Assembly: GCA_963700635.1 (NCBI GenBank)
Contig: CAVOYH010000001.1
Location: 352,001-416,000, forward strand
Direction: 5' to 3'
Source of the DNA: an uncultured Bacteroidota bacterium
Lineage (GTDB): Bacteria > Bacteroidota > Ignavibacteria > UBA10030 > UBA6906
DNA: 64,000 nucleotides
Shown here: one piece after another, positions 11,370 through 19,864 of the stretch
Layout: every line of letters starts with the position of its first letter
How positions within the stretch are numbered: the stretch's first letter is position 1
Position numbers and translations under genes: made by a program
The notes under the pieces: generated by a model
Databases searched by the model: none
Seen by the model: only the letters and a program-made list of their open reading frames with translations
Told to the model about the DNA's origin: nothing

Positions 11370-11394
11370 CGGTATGCCTCATTCAAGTACGGGA

Positions 11395-11658
11395 TCAACG
11401 GATAGCATCAGAGACGAAGGGAAGCAGTGCCAGGTGCCGCGCGCGTTTGATGGCGCTGACGAGCTGGCGTTGGTGCTTGGCGCAGGTACCGGTGATACGT
11501 TTCGGGATAATTTTCCCCTGCTCGGTAACAAACCGCTGAAGCCGCTTCTCATCTTTATAGTCGATGTACACTTCTTTTGCATCACAGAATCTGCACGTGC
11601 GCTTTTTGCGCGGTGTCTGGTTGTCCCGGTCACGCCGGGGACGACGGGGTGTAAACAC
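11395..11658 (-). CDS. rpsR: 30S ribosomal protein S18 (zinc-binding form)
   Basis: CRFC...IDYKD...[17 protein letters not shown]...[12 protein letters not shown]; GTG start with an AGGAG RBS. Confidence 0.97.
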   Translation of the reverse strand: MFTPRRPRRDRDNQTPRKKRTCRFCDAKEVYIDYKDEKRLQRFVTEQGKIIPKRITGTCAKHQRQLVSAIKRARHLALLPFVSDAIR

Positions 11659-11690
11659 AGTAGGATCTCCTTAAGAAGTTCGTCAATGCA

Positions 11691-12158
11691 TCAGTCTTTT
11701 TTCGGCTCTTCCGTAAAAAGCGGCTCACGGCCGGCAACGGTCGGAGTGTCGGCAACCGGTGGTGTCGCGACAGCCGGCGCAACCTCGGATGGCACTGGTG
11801 TGGCCGGTTTCTCTTCGACCGGGAGTGCTGCGAGGGCCGCCGCGCGCGCGGCGAGAGCTTTCCGGTCCAGAACGATCGTCAGATTACGCAGGACCATTTC
11901 ATCAAGCTGATACGCGCGCTCCAGATGTGCCAGCACCGTTCCCGGCGCTTCGAACTCGACGTTCACGTAATAGCCGTTGGTGCGCTTGTTGATCGCATAG
12001 GCCAGCCGTTTGCGGCCCCACTTGTTGACTGCATTGATGGTCCCCCCGTTCTTTGTAATCGTCTCCTGCACACGCACAATGACAGCTTCGACCTGTGCGT
12101 CATCGAGAGAGGCATTGACAATAAATGTCGTCTCGTACGTACGACTGATGGTGTTCAT
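11691..12158 (-). CDS. rpsF: 30S ribosomal protein S6 with Ala/Pro-rich C-terminal tail
   Basis: YETTFI...WGRKRLAYAI...GYY motifs; ATG at 12158 preceded by AAGGAGGT. Confidence 0.95.
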   Translation of the reverse strand: MNTISRTYETTFIVNASLDDAQVEAVIVRVQETITKNGGTINAVNKWGRKRLAYAINKRTNGYYVNVEFEAPGTVLAHLERAYQLDEMVLRNLTIVLDRKALAARAAALAALPVEEKPATPVPSEVAPAVATPPVADTPTVAGREPLFTEEPKKD

Positions 12159-12161
12159 GAA

Positions 12162-12240
12162 TGTACCTCCTTGTGGACGGATACTGAAACCCGACCCTCC
12201 GCCAGTCACCGGGTGGCGAGACAGAGAGTAAAGGGGTTCT
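12162..12240 (-). promoter_or_regulatory. Candidate S6:S18 autoregulatory leader RNA
   Basis: 5' CCCCTT can pair with AAGG of the RBS (CCACAAGGAGGT), enclosing the hairpin CTCGCCA/TGGCGGAG. This resembles the known rpsF leader architecture, judged by eye only. Confidence 0.4.
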
Positions 12241-12248
12241 GATGTGTG

Positions 12249-12827
12249 TTACGGCGCTTTGTTATAAAAATTCATAGTTCGATCGATACCGATCTGTGTA
12301 AACGACTCTACTGCATCTGCGGCCCGTCGGACCATCATCCCGGCTGCCTCGCGTTCACCTTCTCCGAACGGTGAGAGCACGAAGGATGCCGTCTCTTCCC
12401 CTGCGGGCATTTCCGGAACCCCTATGCCACACCGGAGACGGGGGAAGGCATCGCTGTTCAGATGATACACTATCGAGTACAACCCGTTGTGCCCGCCGTC
12501 GCTTCCACCCTTGCGCAGCCGCAGCGTCCCGAGCGGCAGTGAAAAATCATCAGCAACGACAAGGCACGATTCAAGATCCACACCGTACACGTCAAGGGCA
12601 TCTTTTACCGCGACGCCACTGTTGTTCATGTAGGTAGCGGGTGCGATGAGGATGAGCTGTTGTTCGGTACGACGGACGACAGCGTAAAAGTAGTCGCCTT
12701 TTGCCTCGCGCAGCGAGCATTTCCATCTCGCACACAGCTCGTCCAGCACGCTAAAACCGATATTGTGGCGGGTTTCCCGATATGCAGTTCCGGGATTTCC
12801 AAGCCCCACCACGAGTGTGCAATCCAC
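12249..12827 (-). CDS. pth: Peptidyl-tRNA hydrolase
   Basis: VGLGNPG, TRHNIGF, TYMNNSG, GSDGGHNGL and RLRCGIG motifs. Confidence 0.96.
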   Translation of the reverse strand: MDCTLVVGLGNPGTAYRETRHNIGFSVLDELCARWKCSLREAKGDYFYAVVRRTEQQLILIAPATYMNNSGVAVKDALDVYGVDLESCLVVADDFSLPLGTLRLRKGGSDGGHNGLYSIVYHLNSDAFPRLRCGIGVPEMPAGEETASFVLSPFGEGEREAAGMMVRRAADAVESFTQIGIDRTMNFYNKAP

Positions 12828-12845
12828 CTGAATTCCGGACAGGGT

Positions 12846-13529
12846 TTACTTTTCGGCCTTTGCGTCGCCTTTGGCCGGGGCGGCTTCTGCTTCGCCCTCT
12901 TCTGTCTTCTTGCCCTTGCCGACGACCTCCGGCTCTGCGGCCGCAACTTCTTCGGTGACAGGAGCAACTTCTTCCTTGACCAGTGTCGGTGGCATGACGC
13001 CGACAACCGCACTGCTGGAAGTCTCAAGGATGGTGATGCCCGGTATATCAATAGAGCTCACATGAACAAAATCGTTGATGTCAAGCTCACCGACATTTAC
13101 TTCGATCTTTTCAGGGATGTCCTTCGGGAGGCAGGAGATTTTCAGCTTATGGATGAAGTGCTGTAACATGCCGCCTTCACGCACACCCTTCGGAATTCCG
13201 CCGGTCAGGACCACAGGAATTTCGATCGTCAGCTTTTCGTTCTCTTTCAACCCCTGAAGGTCGAAATGGACAGGCCGGTCCGTGATCGGGTCAAACTGCA
13301 CATCCTTCAGGATGGCCTTTCGGGCGGACCCGTCAGCCAGATGCAGGTCGATCACATGCGTCTCCGATGTGAATACCAGCGGATGCAGCGTGACTGCTGG
13401 CACCTGGATGTTGATGTTTTCTTCGCCACGGGCGTAATACACGCCGGGGACCAATCCGTTCCACCGGGTATGTTTTGCGTGCTTTTTTGTGGACTGGCGG
13501 ATTTCGGCATTTACCACGACTTCGGACAT
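12846..13529 (-). CDS. rplY: 50S ribosomal protein L25 (long Ctc form)
   Basis: GLVPGVYY, LKDVQFDP, HFDL, GVREGG.L and IPEKIEVNV motifs. Confidence 0.95.
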   Translation of the reverse strand: MSEVVVNAEIRQSTKKHAKHTRWNGLVPGVYYARGEENINIQVPAVTLHPLVFTSETHVIDLHLADGSARKAILKDVQFDPITDRPVHFDLQGLKENEKLTIEIPVVLTGGIPKGVREGGMLQHFIHKLKISCLPKDIPEKIEVNVGELDINDFVHVSSIDIPGITILETSSSAVVGVMPPTLVKEEVAPVTEEVAAAEPEVVGKGKKTEEGEAEAAPAKGDAKAEK

Positions 13530-13563
13530 TGTGTGCGTCTCCTCGTTACATCATTACGCTGGA

Positions 13564-14502
13564 TTAACTCTTGTCAACATCAAAGAGGGAACTAATAGAT
13601 TCATGGTTGAACGAGCGCCGTATTGCTTCTGCAAAAATGAATGCGACAGGCTCCACATCGATTTTCGAGGACCCCTCCCGCAAGGGAAGGGTGTCCGTCA
13701 CCACGAGACGTTCCAGGCGGGACGCGCCCAGACGTTCAACCGCGGGTCCCGAAAGTACCGGATGGGTGCATGCGGCGAAGACCGATGCCGCTCCGGCGAG
13801 ATGGAGTGCCTCCACAGCATTGCAGAGAGTGCCTGCCGTGTCCACCAGATCATCAACGATCAAAATATTCTTGCCCTGCACGTCTCCGATGATGTTCATT
13901 ACTTCGGCGACGTTTTGCCGGGGCCGGCGTTTGTCGATCACGACAAGATCGGCTTCCAGCCGTTTCGCATACGCCCTCGCCATTTTCATCCCCCCGACAT
14001 CAGGCGAAGCAACAGCCAGGTTCTTGATACCTTTACGCTTGAAGTGCTTCACCAGCACGGCCGAGCTATACAAATGGTCCACGGGAATATCAAAGAAGCC
14101 CTGCACCTGGGGTGCGTGAAGATCCATCGTGATGACCCTGTCTGCACCGGCCGTGGTCAGAAGATTCGCGACCAGTTTTGCCGTGATGGAAACCCGGGGC
14201 TGATCCTTACGGTCCTGTCGGGCATAACCAAAGTAGGGAATCACCGCCGTCACCTTGCGTGCGGAAGCCCGCTTGGCTGCATCAATCATGATGAGCAGCT
14301 CCATCAGGTTTTCCGCCGGAGGGTTTGTGGACTGAACCACAAAAACCTCGCTACCCCGAATATTCTCCCCGTACTTCACCCACAGCTCGCCATCGCTGAA
14401 CGTCGTGATTTCACAGTCACCCAACGGTTTCCCGATGGTTTCTGCGATCTTCAGCGCAAGAGGGCGGTTGGAACGCCCCCCGAAAACCTTTAAACTGGAC
14501 AT
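13564..14502 (-). CDS. prs: Ribose-phosphate pyrophosphokinase
   Basis: FSDGE, PYFGYARQDRK, DLHAPQVQGFFD and VDDLVDTAGT motifs. Confidence 0.97.
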   Translation of the reverse strand: MSSLKVFGGRSNRPLALKIAETIGKPLGDCEITTFSDGELWVKYGENIRGSEVFVVQSTNPPAENLMELLIMIDAAKRASARKVTAVIPYFGYARQDRKDQPRVSITAKLVANLLTTAGADRVITMDLHAPQVQGFFDIPVDHLYSSAVLVKHFKRKGIKNLAVASPDVGGMKMARAYAKRLEADLVVIDKRRPRQNVAEVMNIIGDVQGKNILIVDDLVDTAGTLCNAVEALHLAGAASVFAACTHPVLSGPAVERLGASRLERLVVTDTLPLREGSSKIDVEPVAFIFAEAIRRSFNHESISSLFDVDKS

Positions 14503-14535
14503 GGACGAGACAGGCCACATTTGTGTTAGCTTACA

Positions 14536-14564
14536 AAGATAATGAAAACGAAATTCTGATGCAA
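14536..14564 (-). promoter_or_regulatory. Sigma70-type promoter for the prs-rplY-pth operon
   Basis: TTGCAT-17 nt-TATCTT(TG) on the minus strand. Confidence 0.6.
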
Positions 14565-14591
14565 GGCGTTTTTGGCTTGATTTCGGCGGAA

Positions 14592-14620
14592 TTGACTTTC
14601 GTGAGAATTCTGGCTATCTT
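14592..14620 (+). promoter_or_regulatory. Sigma70-type promoter for bioY, divergent from prs
   Basis: TTGACT-17 nt-TATCTT. Confidence 0.6.
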
Positions 14621-14654
14621 TTTCCCGTTCTCAAACCTTATCGCGGAGCAGTAC

Positions 14655-15227
14655 ATGAACCCGAGCACCAAGACATTACCCCGCCCCTGGAGTGTCTCCG
14701 ACCAATCATCGATCATCCAGGCTCTGTGGATTACCGGTTTTGCGCTGATTACGGCCCTGGGCGCGCGGGTCGAAATACCCTATTACCCTGTTCCCTTCAC
14801 TCTGCAAACACTCTTCGTGCTCCTGGCCGGGGCATTTCTTGGGCCGCGCAACGGTGCCCTGAGTCAGCTTTTGTATCTTGGCGCCGGGATCGCCGGACTT
14901 CCAGTGTTCGCGGGCGGGGCGATCGGCTTTGTGAGACTCCTCGGTCCGACCGGCGGTTATCTTATCGCCTTTCCCGTGGCAGCCGCTCTCGTCGGCTACC
15001 TCATCTACCGGAGGCGTTCATTACTCTGGACTGCACTCTCCATGACCGCCGGACTGCTGGTCATCTTCCTGTTCGGGACCGTTCATCTGTCCCTGTTCTA
15101 TAGTAATGACTTTTCTGCAGCAATGACCTCCGGGTTCCTGTTGTTCAGCTGGTGGGATCTGCTGAAGCTCGGAGCGGCAAGTATGATCTATCACGAAATT
15201 GCCAAAAGGTGGCCCCGGGTGGGGTAA
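14655..15227 (+). CDS. bioY: Biotin transporter BioY (S component)
   Basis: PVPFTLQTL, LYL..G..GLPVFAGG and GPTGGYL motifs; start placed at MNPST after GGAG. Confidence 0.92.
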   Translation: MNPSTKTLPRPWSVSDQSSIIQALWITGFALITALGARVEIPYYPVPFTLQTLFVLLAGAFLGPRNGALSQLLYLGAGIAGLPVFAGGAIGFVRLLGPTGGYLIAFPVAAALVGYLIYRRRSLLWTALSMTAGLLVIFLFGTVHLSLFYSNDFSAAMTSGFLLFSWWDLLKLGAASMIYHEIAKRWPRVG

Positions 15228-15290
15228 GGCGAAACAGGCGGACAGTATCTCTTCGTCTTCAGTATGAGCCGGGTGATAAACCCGGCTCAA

Positions 15291-15968
15291 CTATTTTTCG
15301 AAGGCGAGATGATCTGTCCAGCGCTGGAAGAGTTCCGCTGTCGCTTTTACGTCACGCAGACAATACTCCGCAATTTCCCTGTAGCGCTTCTCCCCGAACA
15401 ACCGCCCCATGTCGAGTCCAGTAATTCCCTCCTCCTTCGGACTCCCGATCCCGAACGCCTTGCAGTAGAAATCCAGACTAAACCGGCGGGTTGCACCATA
15501 GAATGACAGTTGTTCGAGGAGGTCGCAATGGTCCTGCGCCGAGAAACGGTATCCCATCAGATTCTTCGTAGGTTTAACGCCGAGCAGTGCCGATCGCAGC
15601 ATGACAAACGGACAGTCGAATCCGCGCCCGTTGAACGTGATGATCTGTTTGTAATGTGATACGGACTTCCAGAAGTTCTCGAGAATTTCTTTTTCGGTAC
15701 ACGGGATGAGCATCACGAGTCCGTCGTCAACAAGGGACTGGCTCTCGTCCGCACCAAGGTAGAACACCTTTCCCTGGCGCGTGTCAGGATTAAGCATTCC
15801 GATCGCGAGAACCTGTGCCGTGAGGGGAGTAAGGCTCAGTTTCTGGATGGCTTCAGACCGCTCTTCGTCGGTCTTTGCCATTTTGGTAAGATAGAGTTGC
15901 TGTGCTTCGTCGAAGGATTCAAATGGATAGGCGAGTGTTTCGATATCAAACACGACCCGGGAGATCAT
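15291..15968 (-). CDS. DEDD 3'-5' exonuclease (PolB proofreading-like, RNase H-like domain)
   Basis: Exo I VFDIET, Exo II TFNGRGFDCP and Exo III YCLRDV motifs; ATG at 15968 preceded by GAGGAG, overlapping the end of recX. Confidence 0.85.
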   Translation of the reverse strand: MISRVVFDIETLAYPFESFDEAQQLYLTKMAKTDEERSEAIQKLSLTPLTAQVLAIGMLNPDTRQGKVFYLGADESQSLVDDGLVMLIPCTEKEILENFWKSVSHYKQIITFNGRGFDCPFVMLRSALLGVKPTKNLMGYRFSAQDHCDLLEQLSFYGATRRFSLDFYCKAFGIGSPKEEGITGLDMGRLFGEKRYREIAEYCLRDVKATAELFQRWTDHLAFEK

Positions 15969-16641
15969 GCGACTCCTCGTCGGTGGAGAGATTAAGTGAT
16001 TGTAAGACCTGTGTGATGACGCTCCAGGCGTATCCGCGTCGGGCGAGCATACCCGCCACAAGCTGTCGGCGCTTGCGCGGGTCCGTGTGTTTTGATCGGG
16101 TGCCGGACCTGGAAAGATAACGCTGCGCAAGAGTCCGGGCCATCTGTTCCACATCCACTCCCGGCATGATCTCCTTCAGGCTGTCGTCGATGACCGACCG
16201 TGCAACACCGAGCAGGAGGAGTTTCTGGCGCAGCTGAATCTCACCTTGCGGTCGGAGGGTAAGTGCGTTCCGGATGAACATCCGTGCAAACTCCGGGTCA
16301 TTGAGCAGGCCCCTGCCTCGTAAGTCGTCGATCACGCGGGTGATATCGTCTTCGCCGAACTCCTTCTCTCTCAGGCGGTCATGGATTTCCTTCTCCGAAC
16401 GGGGGCGGCGACCGAGCAGCCGCAGGGCCGAGGTGCGCGCCTGATGGAGTGTCTCATCTGCGGTAAGTGTAGCGATCTGACCGGCGGGGAGTTCATCACC
16501 GACGCGCAGTGCGGCGCGGAGCAGAATCTCCTTGCTCAGACCGAGCGCGAATTCGCCGTCAAGATAAATGTTGACCCGATCGCGTCTCTTCTTCTGGATT
16601 TCGATCCGTGTGATGCGCACCGGCGTGGTGTGTGCAATCAC
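15946..16641 (-). CDS. recX: Regulatory protein RecX
   Basis: [34 protein letters not shown] and LARRGY motifs; immediately follows recA. Confidence 0.92.
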   Translation of the reverse strand: MIAHTTPVRITRIEIQKKRRDRVNIYLDGEFALGLSKEILLRAALRVGDELPAGQIATLTADETLHQARTSALRLLGRRPRSEKEIHDRLREKEFGEDDITRVIDDLRGRGLLNDPEFARMFIRNALTLRPQGEIQLRQKLLLLGVARSVIDDSLKEIMPGVDVEQMARTLAQRYLSRSGTRSKHTDPRKRRQLVAGMLARRGYAWSVITQVLQSLNLSTDEESHDLPGRV

Positions 16642-17750
16642 TTCTTTTTGGGCGGTTCAGCCTTCGGGGCCTGTTTGGGCTCCGGAATTCCGTCGGGTTT
16701 GGCTCCGGCCTTTGCATCTGCTGCGGCGCCCGGTTTTGACTTGCCGTTTGGCATCGGGAGTCCCAGCTTGTCGCGCGCTTCACGCTCGATGACCAGCGTG
16801 ATCTTCTCGTTTTCCAGCAGGTATTTCTTGACGGCATCCCGCCCCTGTCCGATACGATCCTCCTTGTACGAGAACCAGGAACCGGATTTGGCGATAATAT
16901 TAAGGTCCACGGCGGTGTCCACAAGATCGCCGAGTCGTGATATACCTTCGTTGTACAGGATGTCAAATTGTGCTTCACGGAACGGCGGGGCCACCTTGTT
17001 CTTGACCACCTTGACGCGGGTTCTGTTTCCAATGATGTTCGTACCGTCCTTGATGGCCTCGATGCGGCGCACGTCCAGACGGACTGAGGCGTAAAACTTG
17101 AGAGCGTTTCCACCTGTGGTGGTCTCCGGGTTACCAAACATCACTCCGATTTTCATCCGGAGCTGGTTGGTAAAAATCACGGATGTTTTGGACCTGCTGA
17201 TGGCAGATGCGAGCTTCCGGAGAGCCTGGGACATGAGGCGTGCCTGTACGCCCATGGTGGGGTCCCCCATCTCCCCCTCGATTTCCGCCCTGGGGGTCAG
17301 CGCCGCGACGGAGTCGATGACGATGACGTCAAGCGCCCCGCTGCGGACGAGTGTCTCCACGATTTCCAGGGCCTGTTCACCAAACTCGGGTTGGGAGAGA
17401 AGGAGGTTGTTTGTATCCACACCCAGTTTCTTTGCGTACGCCATGTCGAGGGCATGCTCGGCGTCAACGAACGCGCATGTGCCTCCCGTTTTCTGTGCTT
17501 CGCCGATAATGTGAAGGCAGAGGGTCGTCTTCCCCGAAGATTCCGGGCCAAATACCTCGATGACCCGCCCGCGCGGGATCCCGCCGATACCGAGTGCGGC
17601 ATCGAGCGAGATAGCGCCGGTGGAGATTACTTCAACCTGCTGGATGGGCCCCTCGCCGAGTCTCATCACGGAGCCTTTCCCGTGTTGTTTCTCGATCTGA
17701 TCGAGTGCGATTTTTAGCGCCTGGGCTTTGGCGTCTTTGTCGTCAGCCAT
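16638..17750 (-). CDS. recA: Recombinase RecA
   Basis: [22 protein letters not shown] and [14 protein letters not shown] motifs. Confidence 0.99.
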   Translation of the reverse strand: MADDKDAKAQALKIALDQIEKQHGKGSVMRLGEGPIQQVEVISTGAISLDAALGIGGIPRGRVIEVFGPESSGKTTLCLHIIGEAQKTGGTCAFVDAEHALDMAYAKKLGVDTNNLLLSQPEFGEQALEIVETLVRSGALDVIVIDSVAALTPRAEIEGEMGDPTMGVQARLMSQALRKLASAISRSKTSVIFTNQLRMKIGVMFGNPETTTGGNALKFYASVRLDVRRIEAIKDGTNIIGNRTRVKVVKNKVAPPFREAQFDILYNEGISRLGDLVDTAVDLNIIAKSGSWFSYKEDRIGQGRDAVKKYLLENEKITLVIEREARDKLGLPMPNGKSKPGAAADAKAGAKPDGIPEPKQAPKAEPPKKK

Positions 17751-17828
17751 GGATGTCTCCGCTGTGTGCTGTTAGTTCATCTTCAGATATAGAAAACCGA
17801 GTCTTATCCACCACCCTCATCCGCCCCT

Positions 17829-18410
17829 TCATGGTTGCGTTCCCTGAAGGGCAACTCTCTCCAGAACCGAGTACAACGATCCACTCGGTCGGAGATCACT
17901 TCTCACCAGCAGTATCTCTTGAATCAGAACCGGCGGGCAGTCAAAGGTAATGGATTCCATAGTGGCAAGCAACTCCCCCAGTCCACGGCGGCCCTTCACA
18001 CGGCCAATCGTGACGTGAGGAGAAAACGGGCGTCGTTCCTGCTCAAAACCGCATGTTGACATTGCTCTGTCAATGGAGCGGGCGAGTCCCGCGAGCCTGT
18101 TCTCAGGGTCATGGATCCCGGCCCAGATGATGCGGGGATCCAGGCGGTTGGGAAAACACCCCAGACCCGTGTAGGTGACCATCAGGGGCGCGAAGGCGCG
18201 GCCGATATCCGCCAGCATGGACACAATGGACGGCATTCCCTGACTCTCCGTGTCGCCCAGAAACTTGAGCGTACAGTGAAGTTTATTGTCTGACTCCCAC
18301 TTTACATCGGTATCCAGGGACTTGAGAAGGTCCCGGGTCCGGAAAAGGTCCGGGCGAACGGATTCGGGCGTGTCTATGGCAATAAAAAGGCGAGGCACGG
18401 AGCCCTCCAT
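17829..18410 (-). CDS. thpR: RNA 2',3'-cyclic phosphodiesterase (2H family)
   Basis: RLFIAI plus two HxT motifs (LHCTLKFLG and PHVTIGR); upstream of recA. Confidence 0.9.
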   Translation of the reverse strand: MEGSVPRLFIAIDTPESVRPDLFRTRDLLKSLDTDVKWESDNKLHCTLKFLGDTESQGMPSIVSMLADIGRAFAPLMVTYTGLGCFPNRLDPRIIWAGIHDPENRLAGLARSIDRAMSTCGFEQERRPFSPHVTIGRVKGRRGLGELLATMESITFDCPPVLIQEILLVRSDLRPSGSLYSVLERVALQGTQP

Positions 18411-18411
18411 A

Positions 18412-19782
18412 CTACTTCAGTATGACCATTCTTTTCTGGTCTGCGTAGCCGGCCGCACGAAGCGAATAGAAGTACGTCCCACCCGGAAGATTCCGTGCGT
18501 CGAAGGTGGCGCGGTGACTCCCCGCCGGCTTCGCTCCGCGCAGAATGGACGCGACTTCCTGTCCGAGGAGATCGTAAACCTGTATCGTTACAAACCCCGG
18601 CACCGGAAGCATAAAATCGATCGTGGTGCTGGGGTTAAAAGGATTGGGATAATTCTGGCCAAGCGAGAAACCGGCAGGGGTGTTCGTCTGTACCGATGTA
18701 ACGATGTAGACCTTCACGGCCTCCGAGTACGTGGACGTGCCATCAAGATCCACCTGGCGCAGGCGGTAGTACCAGATGCCCGGAGATACCGCGTTATCAA
18801 CAAAACTGTATGCCCGGGGTTCAAGGGTCGTGCCGTGACCGGGAACAAACGCGCCGGGCACCTCTGCAAATACGGGACCGGCATCTCCGCGGCGTTCAAT
18901 AAAAAATCCGAAATTATTCAACTCGCTGAGGGTTGTCCACGTCAGCTGCACGCTTTCCTGAACACGCAAAGCGGAGAAGGATGCCAGCTGGACGGGGAGT
19001 AGTGTTTCCGACCAGATATCCGAGATCCGGATCCCGTCAATGTTCGCCGATGGGGTGTTTGAACCCTGCCGGATGACGAAGCGTGCGTTCTCTGTGGGGT
19101 CTGTCGAGTTTGTGCTGGTCTGTGAGACAGTCGCGGGGGGCATGATCGGGCCGGGCTCCGGATTCACCCAGAGTGAAGCGACGTCATTAGTATTCCCTGA
19201 AATGATCTGGTATCCCAGCACAACCAGGTACGTCTCGCCCGGATGTAGAGCTGTTGCATACCATGCCGCGGAGGGGTTGGATGTTGTTGCCCGGACGCCG
19301 AGTTGAAACATGGTGGCAGGAGATCCCTTCCGGATACTGACCCGTCCGACATAGGCCGACGTGCTGTTCCCGGGCAAGAGGGCGGCGAAATAGTCGCCGG
19401 GTTTGCTGGTGTCTGCCGCTAGACCGGTGGTGTTGTCAAGATTGAAAAGAAATGAAACGAATGTTGTTGTCCCGGTCGTAAGCGGGCTGAACGGAGTGTA
19501 CGCGTCTTCGGCGGAAGAAGACGTGGCAACGGTTTGCACCATTCTTCCGAGACCGGAACCCGGATACCCGGCGAAAGAGAGGTTGCCATCAACGACCATC
19601 AGCGCATTTCCTGTCCCGCTGAAGGTCACCCAGGCTCCGCCACTGACATTCGCGCCTTCGTTGAGGTTCGTGAGTGGGCCTGCTGCGTAGTCAAAATTCT
19701 CTGCCAGAATCTGGGCCTGCGCCGGAACAGCCAGCCCTGTCAAAATAATCACAATAATGCCGCGAAGTACCTTGTTGTGCAT
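18412..19782 (-). CDS. Secreted protein with T9SS type A C-terminal sorting domain
   Basis: Signal peptide (..VPAQA), LPVQLASFSA linker module and QNYPNPFNPST...KRMVILK tail. Confidence 0.85.
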   Translation of the reverse strand: MHNKVLRGIIVIILTGLAVPAQAQILAENFDYAAGPLTNLNEGANVSGGAWVTFSGTGNALMVVDGNLSFAGYPGSGLGRMVQTVATSSSAEDAYTPFSPLTTGTTTFVSFLFNLDNTTGLAADTSKPGDYFAALLPGNSTSAYVGRVSIRKGSPATMFQLGVRATTSNPSAAWYATALHPGETYLVVLGYQIISGNTNDVASLWVNPEPGPIMPPATVSQTSTNSTDPTENARFVIRQGSNTPSANIDGIRISDIWSETLLPVQLASFSALRVQESVQLTWTTLSELNNFGFFIERRGDAGPVFAEVPGAFVPGHGTTLEPRAYSFVDNAVSPGIWYYRLRQVDLDGTSTYSEAVKVYIVTSVQTNTPAGFSLGQNYPNPFNPSTTIDFMLPVPGFVTIQVYDLLGQEVASILRGAKPAGSHRATFDARNLPGGTYFYSLRAAGYADQKRMVILK

Positions 19783-19864
19783 GAGTCGCTCCCCCCCGCT
19801 GCTTTGTTGTTCGTTCTGTTGTACGATGGCCAGAAACGGGCAATGCCACACCGTTTCGCGGTCG

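Noticed and set aside
13489-14493. 334-aa plus-strand ORF and many similar antisense ORFs (e.g. 9204-9884, 16381-17094, 56986-57729)
   Set aside because: Shadow frames opposite well-conserved genes in GC-rich DNA, with no motifs of their own.
17751-17828. SOS box upstream of recA
   Set aside because: No convincing palindrome matching a LexA motif I know.
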